Assembly: GCA_965262145.1 (NCBI GenBank)
Contig: OZ253501.1
Coordinates: 4,952,268-5,016,267 of the forward strand
DNA: 64,000 nt
Source of the DNA: Candidatus Latescibacterota bacterium
GTDB taxonomy: Bacteria > Latescibacterota > UBA2968
Direction: 5' to 3'
Below, piece after piece: positions 60,802 through 64,000 of the stretch. A program made the position numbers and the translations under genes. Each line of letters begins with the position of its first letter. The first letter of the stretch is position 1. The notes below the pieces were generated by a model. The model saw nothing but the letters and a program-made list of their open reading frames with translations. It searched no databases and was not told the origin of the DNA.

Positions 60802-61645
60802 AGCCAATCCGATAGGTAAGCGGTTACCGCGTAGCTTTCACTATACCTTTAAGCCAGAGCGCCAATATATACACGCGCTATTGCGTTTTGCAGCGGCAAA
60901 CAAATCAGGAACTTACCAAGAAATTAGGGATGAGACAGGAATTCCGACCGGTAATAGCAGTGGAAAAGTTTCAGCCATTCTTGACTATGCACGTGGAATG
61001 GGTATTGTGCAGCTATCTGGAAACCAACGCTCTGCTACCAAACAACCAAAATTAACGCCGTTTGGACGTATTGTTCTTTTAGAAGATCCACACCTAAAGG
61101 AGCCGGTAACTCAGTGGATTGCTCATTTTAATCTCTGTAGTCCATGTACAGGCGCAGATATATGGTATTACACATTTTTTGAAGGAACTCAATCTCTTGG
61201 AATACATTTTTCTCGGAGAAAGCTGGAGGAATACTTAGCACTTGTTTATAGAACACAGCGTACTGGTCTTATTGGCCCTTTAATAGGCATGTATGAGGAT
61301 GCGGCAGCTTTTAGTGCTTGCGGTGCATTATCAGAGTCTTCGGGGGGCATATATAGAAAACCTGCACCTATTGTAGAAGAATTAGGATTAGCCTATGGTG
61401 CCTGGATGCTCCAGCTCATGTCCGACCACTTCCCCGACACTCGACAGGTGACTGTAACAGAATTCGATACCGAGGCCGGCTGGCGAACCATCCCAGGATG
61501 GGATATGACAAGTGTCCAACAGGCACTAAATTTGATCGAGAGAAAAGGAATCATTGAAATTGATAGACATATGAATCCATGGATACTACGACCCGCAGCA
61601 GACGTGAATGAAACCTGGGCTCGGATTTACGATGATTTGATATGA
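60794..61645 (+). CDS. DUF4007 family winged-helix protein (SspB-like)
   Basis: FHYTF, LTPFGRIVLLEDPHL..TQWIAHFNL motifs; 283 aa. Confidence 0.75.
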   Translation: MDKANPIGKRLPRSFHYTFKPERQYIHALLRFAAANKSGTYQEIRDETGIPTGNSSGKVSAILDYARGMGIVQLSGNQRSATKQPKLTPFGRIVLLEDPHLKEPVTQWIAHFNLCSPCTGADIWYYTFFEGTQSLGIHFSRRKLEEYLALVYRTQRTGLIGPLIGMYEDAAAFSACGALSESSGGIYRKPAPIVEELGLAYGAWMLQLMSDHFPDTRQVTVTEFDTEAGWRTIPGWDMTSVQQALNLIERKGIIEIDRHMNPWILRPAADVNETWARIYDDLI

Positions 61646-61655
61646 GAGGTAGAAA

Positions 61656-64000
61656 ATGTTACTCCGCTTGCAGGATATAGTCAATTTCCAAAGTGATCGC
61701 CTTTTTCAGGGCGCTGTTAGTATAGATTGGTTCTTGACAGATATACAGAAACGCAAAAAAGCTGCTCAATCATTTGTTTTTCATGGCCCTCAATACCATG
61801 GTGTCACCCAAGCCGATGTTGGCACTACTCATGGACATCATTTGCAGGACACAGCCACATTTGCTCGTGCAGTTATACGCAGTTGCTTTGAACTTGAAGA
61901 TCAGCCCTTTACACTGGCTATTGCGGGCTATGGTACCGGTAAGTCCCACTTGGCATTAACGCTGGCTACCCTTCTCAATGATCCGGAAGGAGATGTTGCC
62001 GATTCTATATTGGCAAATCTTGAGACATCAGACGCTTCTATCGGAAGTGAGGTCCGAAGCTTATTGAAGGAACAGAGTAAACCTCCTCTCATTATAACAC
62101 TCAACGGCATGCAGAACTTCGATTTAACCTCTGAAATTGCAAGACAAGTCGTTGACCAAGTAAAATTGCGGGAGTTAGATACTCAACCATTGGATGAATT
62201 GAGGCCTCGTTTCAGACAGGCTACTAATATTATACGTTTCTCGAACGAGAGTGTGCGTAAGGAGTTGTTAGACCTATGTGATGTATCCGATATCGATCTA
62301 GTAATAGATGCCCTCGAAAAACAAGATGAGCATATTTATCGTAAAATCCATGAGTATTTTGACTCTCATGGTATGTCTATTCGTGCTCTCGGCGGTGAGT
62401 CTGTGCGAGATGTGATTGACATTGTGGCCCGCGAATACTGCGGTGAGAATAAGCCATTTTCTCGACTCCTGATTTTATTTGATGAGTTTGGAAGATACAC
62501 TGAATTTGCCACAACACGGAGCCAAATTGCTGGAAGTGGAGTACTCCAAGACCTATTTGAAGCTGTCCAATCACATCCTGATGAAACGTCTTTCGTCGGC
62601 TTCATCCAATTTGAGCTAAATGCATATGTTCAGCGTATTGCTCCTGAGTATAAGAATGATATTCTTCGTTATGTGACACGTTATCAGGCCGCAAATAGAG
62701 TCTATCTTTCCATTAATTTAGAAACACTCATTGCCAGTCTGATCGAGAAGCAGAAACCTGATATAATTGATTCTTGGTTTGACACAGATTCCGCCCTGCA
62801 AGAATCTGAGGAGCTTAGAGGAAACCTCAACGCTTGGTTTCCACAGTCGTATAACCATAGGTTGTGGATTGATCGTCAATCGTTCCATACGATAATTAGA
62901 AAGGGGTGTTGGCCATTATCTCCATACGCAACTTGGTTTTTGTTCTATTTGGCTGCCGCTGGTAAGCACCTTCAAGAAAGATCAGCACTTGCCCTTCTTG
63001 GAGATGTTTTTCAGCGATATGGCAATAGTAATGTGACTGAAGATGGAAAGTGGTCACTCACGCCGGTTGATTTCTGGTCAGATGCGCTAGAACAAGAGCT
63101 TATCAACTCAGAAGAAACAGGACAACAGGGATCAATAACACACGTCTATGCCTCTGTTAATGCACGCCATGGGGCTCAACTTTCAGATGAAACTGTGCGT
63201 GTTCTGCGCGCTGTTGTTCTGGCATCTAAGATGGGTCTAACGGTTGAAAATCGAGAAGAGGCGATTAAGGCGATTGCAGAATTTACTGGATTAACTCTTA
63301 AAGATACTTTTGAGACAGTAGATCAACTCCAAGAAGAACACAATGTCTTAGAGTGGGATGAAAGTTTCAAAAGCTTCGATATTTTAGGTGATGCAGTTCC
63401 TCGTACTCATTTTCTCACCTTTCTCAGGCAACAAGTGGCGAGTATATATGATGAAGAGGGAAAAGCAAAATTATTCGCTAGTAAAGCTTCGTCGTGGTGT
63501 GATCTTCTGAATGATATAGACTGCGATTTTTCCGAAGGCAATAAGATAAGTACAAGAGAGTGGACCTACCAAAGTGAAACATCCAGTCTTGAGCTTCTTA
63601 TCGCAAATTTAAAATTAGCCGCTGACCGTTGGAAGGCAGCTACGGGCGTCAATGAGCCGCGTGGCACAGTTATCTATTGTTATGTTGATCAGAACTTGGA
63701 CCCTGATGCTATTGCCTCAGATGTAAGGAAGGTTCTTCGAAGTCTGGCACGAGATTATAGCGCTCCAGCACTTCCGATTTTCGTCATTCTCCTATGCGAT
63801 GAGGAAGGTACACTCGGACAAGCTTTAGCGGAACTATCAGTATTAGAAGAAGCAATTACTGAAAGCGATAGGGCGCGGTTCGGAAATTTGATCGGAGCAC
63901 ACAAGGAGAAGCTACTTCAGACAGTTCAGAGTCAAATTGACGATATGCTCAGGCAAAGACGGTATATAACTGGTCTGAAGGAAGAATTAAGACCAAGTCG
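61656..64000 (+). CDS. Large P-loop ATPase, SspC/BrxC-like (partial, runs off the window; absent from the ORF track)
   Basis: GAGG RBS; starts MLLRLQDIVNFQSDRLFQGAV; Walker A AGYGTGKSH; Walker B LILFDEFGRY; frame spot-checked, no stop found. Confidence 0.85.
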   Translation, partial: MLLRLQDIVNFQSDRLFQGAVSIDWFLTDIQKRKKAAQSFVFHGPQYHGVTQADVGTTHGHHLQDTATFARAVIRSCFELEDQPFTLAIAGYGTGKSHLALTLATLLNDPEGDVADSILANLETSDASIGSEVRSLLKEQSKPPLIITLNGMQNFDLTSEIARQVVDQVKLRELDTQPLDELRPRFRQATNIIRFSNESVRKELLDLCDVSDIDLVIDALEKQDEHIYRKIHEYFDSHGMSIRALGGESVRDVIDIVAREYCGENKPFSRLLILFDEFGRYTEFATTRSQIAGSGVLQDLFEAVQSHPDETSFVGFIQFELNAYVQRIAPEYKNDILRYVTRYQAANRVYLSINLETLIASLIEKQKPDIIDSWFDTDSALQESEELRGNLNAWFPQSYNHRLWIDRQSFHTIIRKGCWPLSPYATWFLFYLAAAGKHLQERSALALLGDVFQRYGNSNVTEDGKWSLTPVDFWSDALEQELINSEETGQQGSITHVYASVNARHGAQLSDETVRVLRAVVLASKMGLTVENREEAIKAIAEFTGLTLKDTFETVDQLQEEHNVLEWDESFKSFDILGDAVPRTHFLTFLRQQVASIYDEEGKAKLFASKASSWCDLLNDIDCDFSEGNKISTREWTYQSETSSLELLIANLKLAADRWKAATGVNEPRGTVIYCYVDQNLDPDAIASDVRKVLRSLARDYSAPALPIFVILLCDEEGTLGQALAELSVLEEAITESDRARFGNLIGAHKEKLLQTVQSQIDDMLRQRRYITGLKEELRPS

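Overview
Bacterial chromosomal window of roughly 50% GC. PhyH dioxygenases, an Rpn gene and a FlgD/T9SS-type C-terminal sorting domain suggest an FCB-group lineage such as Latescibacterota or Gemmatimonadota (inference only). Housekeeping and metabolic genes occupy about 2.4-15.4 kb (purT, mnmA, pheA, HDAC-like, LutB-GlpC fusion) and 38.5-47.7 kb (EndoQ-UvrD fusion, cysK). Three accessory blocks stand out. (1) 16.6-31.0 kb: a sigma-54-controlled locus bracketed by two enhancer-binding proteins. It has palindromic enhancers and a near-consensus -24/-12 promoter upstream of a 59-aa candidate RiPP precursor, a radical SAM/SPASM maturase and four secreted proteins; one of these is a MepA-like metallopeptidase split by an IS. 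(2) 31.1-38.5 kb: a Dcm/EcoRII-like R-M module with two endonucleases, IS remnants, a MITE, a tandem-repeat SH3 protein and an IS256 carrying two hairpin insertions. (3) 47.8-64 kb: a defence island with Rpn, toxin-antitoxin and HNH remnants, and a large operon running off the window end. That operon encodes a NERD-pseudokinase-kinase-P-loop protein, a DndG-like protein, a nuclease-HerA ATPase, a DUF4007 protein and an SspC/BrxC-like ATPase, and looks like a hybrid of MADS/DndFGH-type effectors with an Ssp phosphorothioate-type modification module. No rRNA, tRNA or CRISPR array was seen. All family calls come from motif recognition by eye, not database searches.
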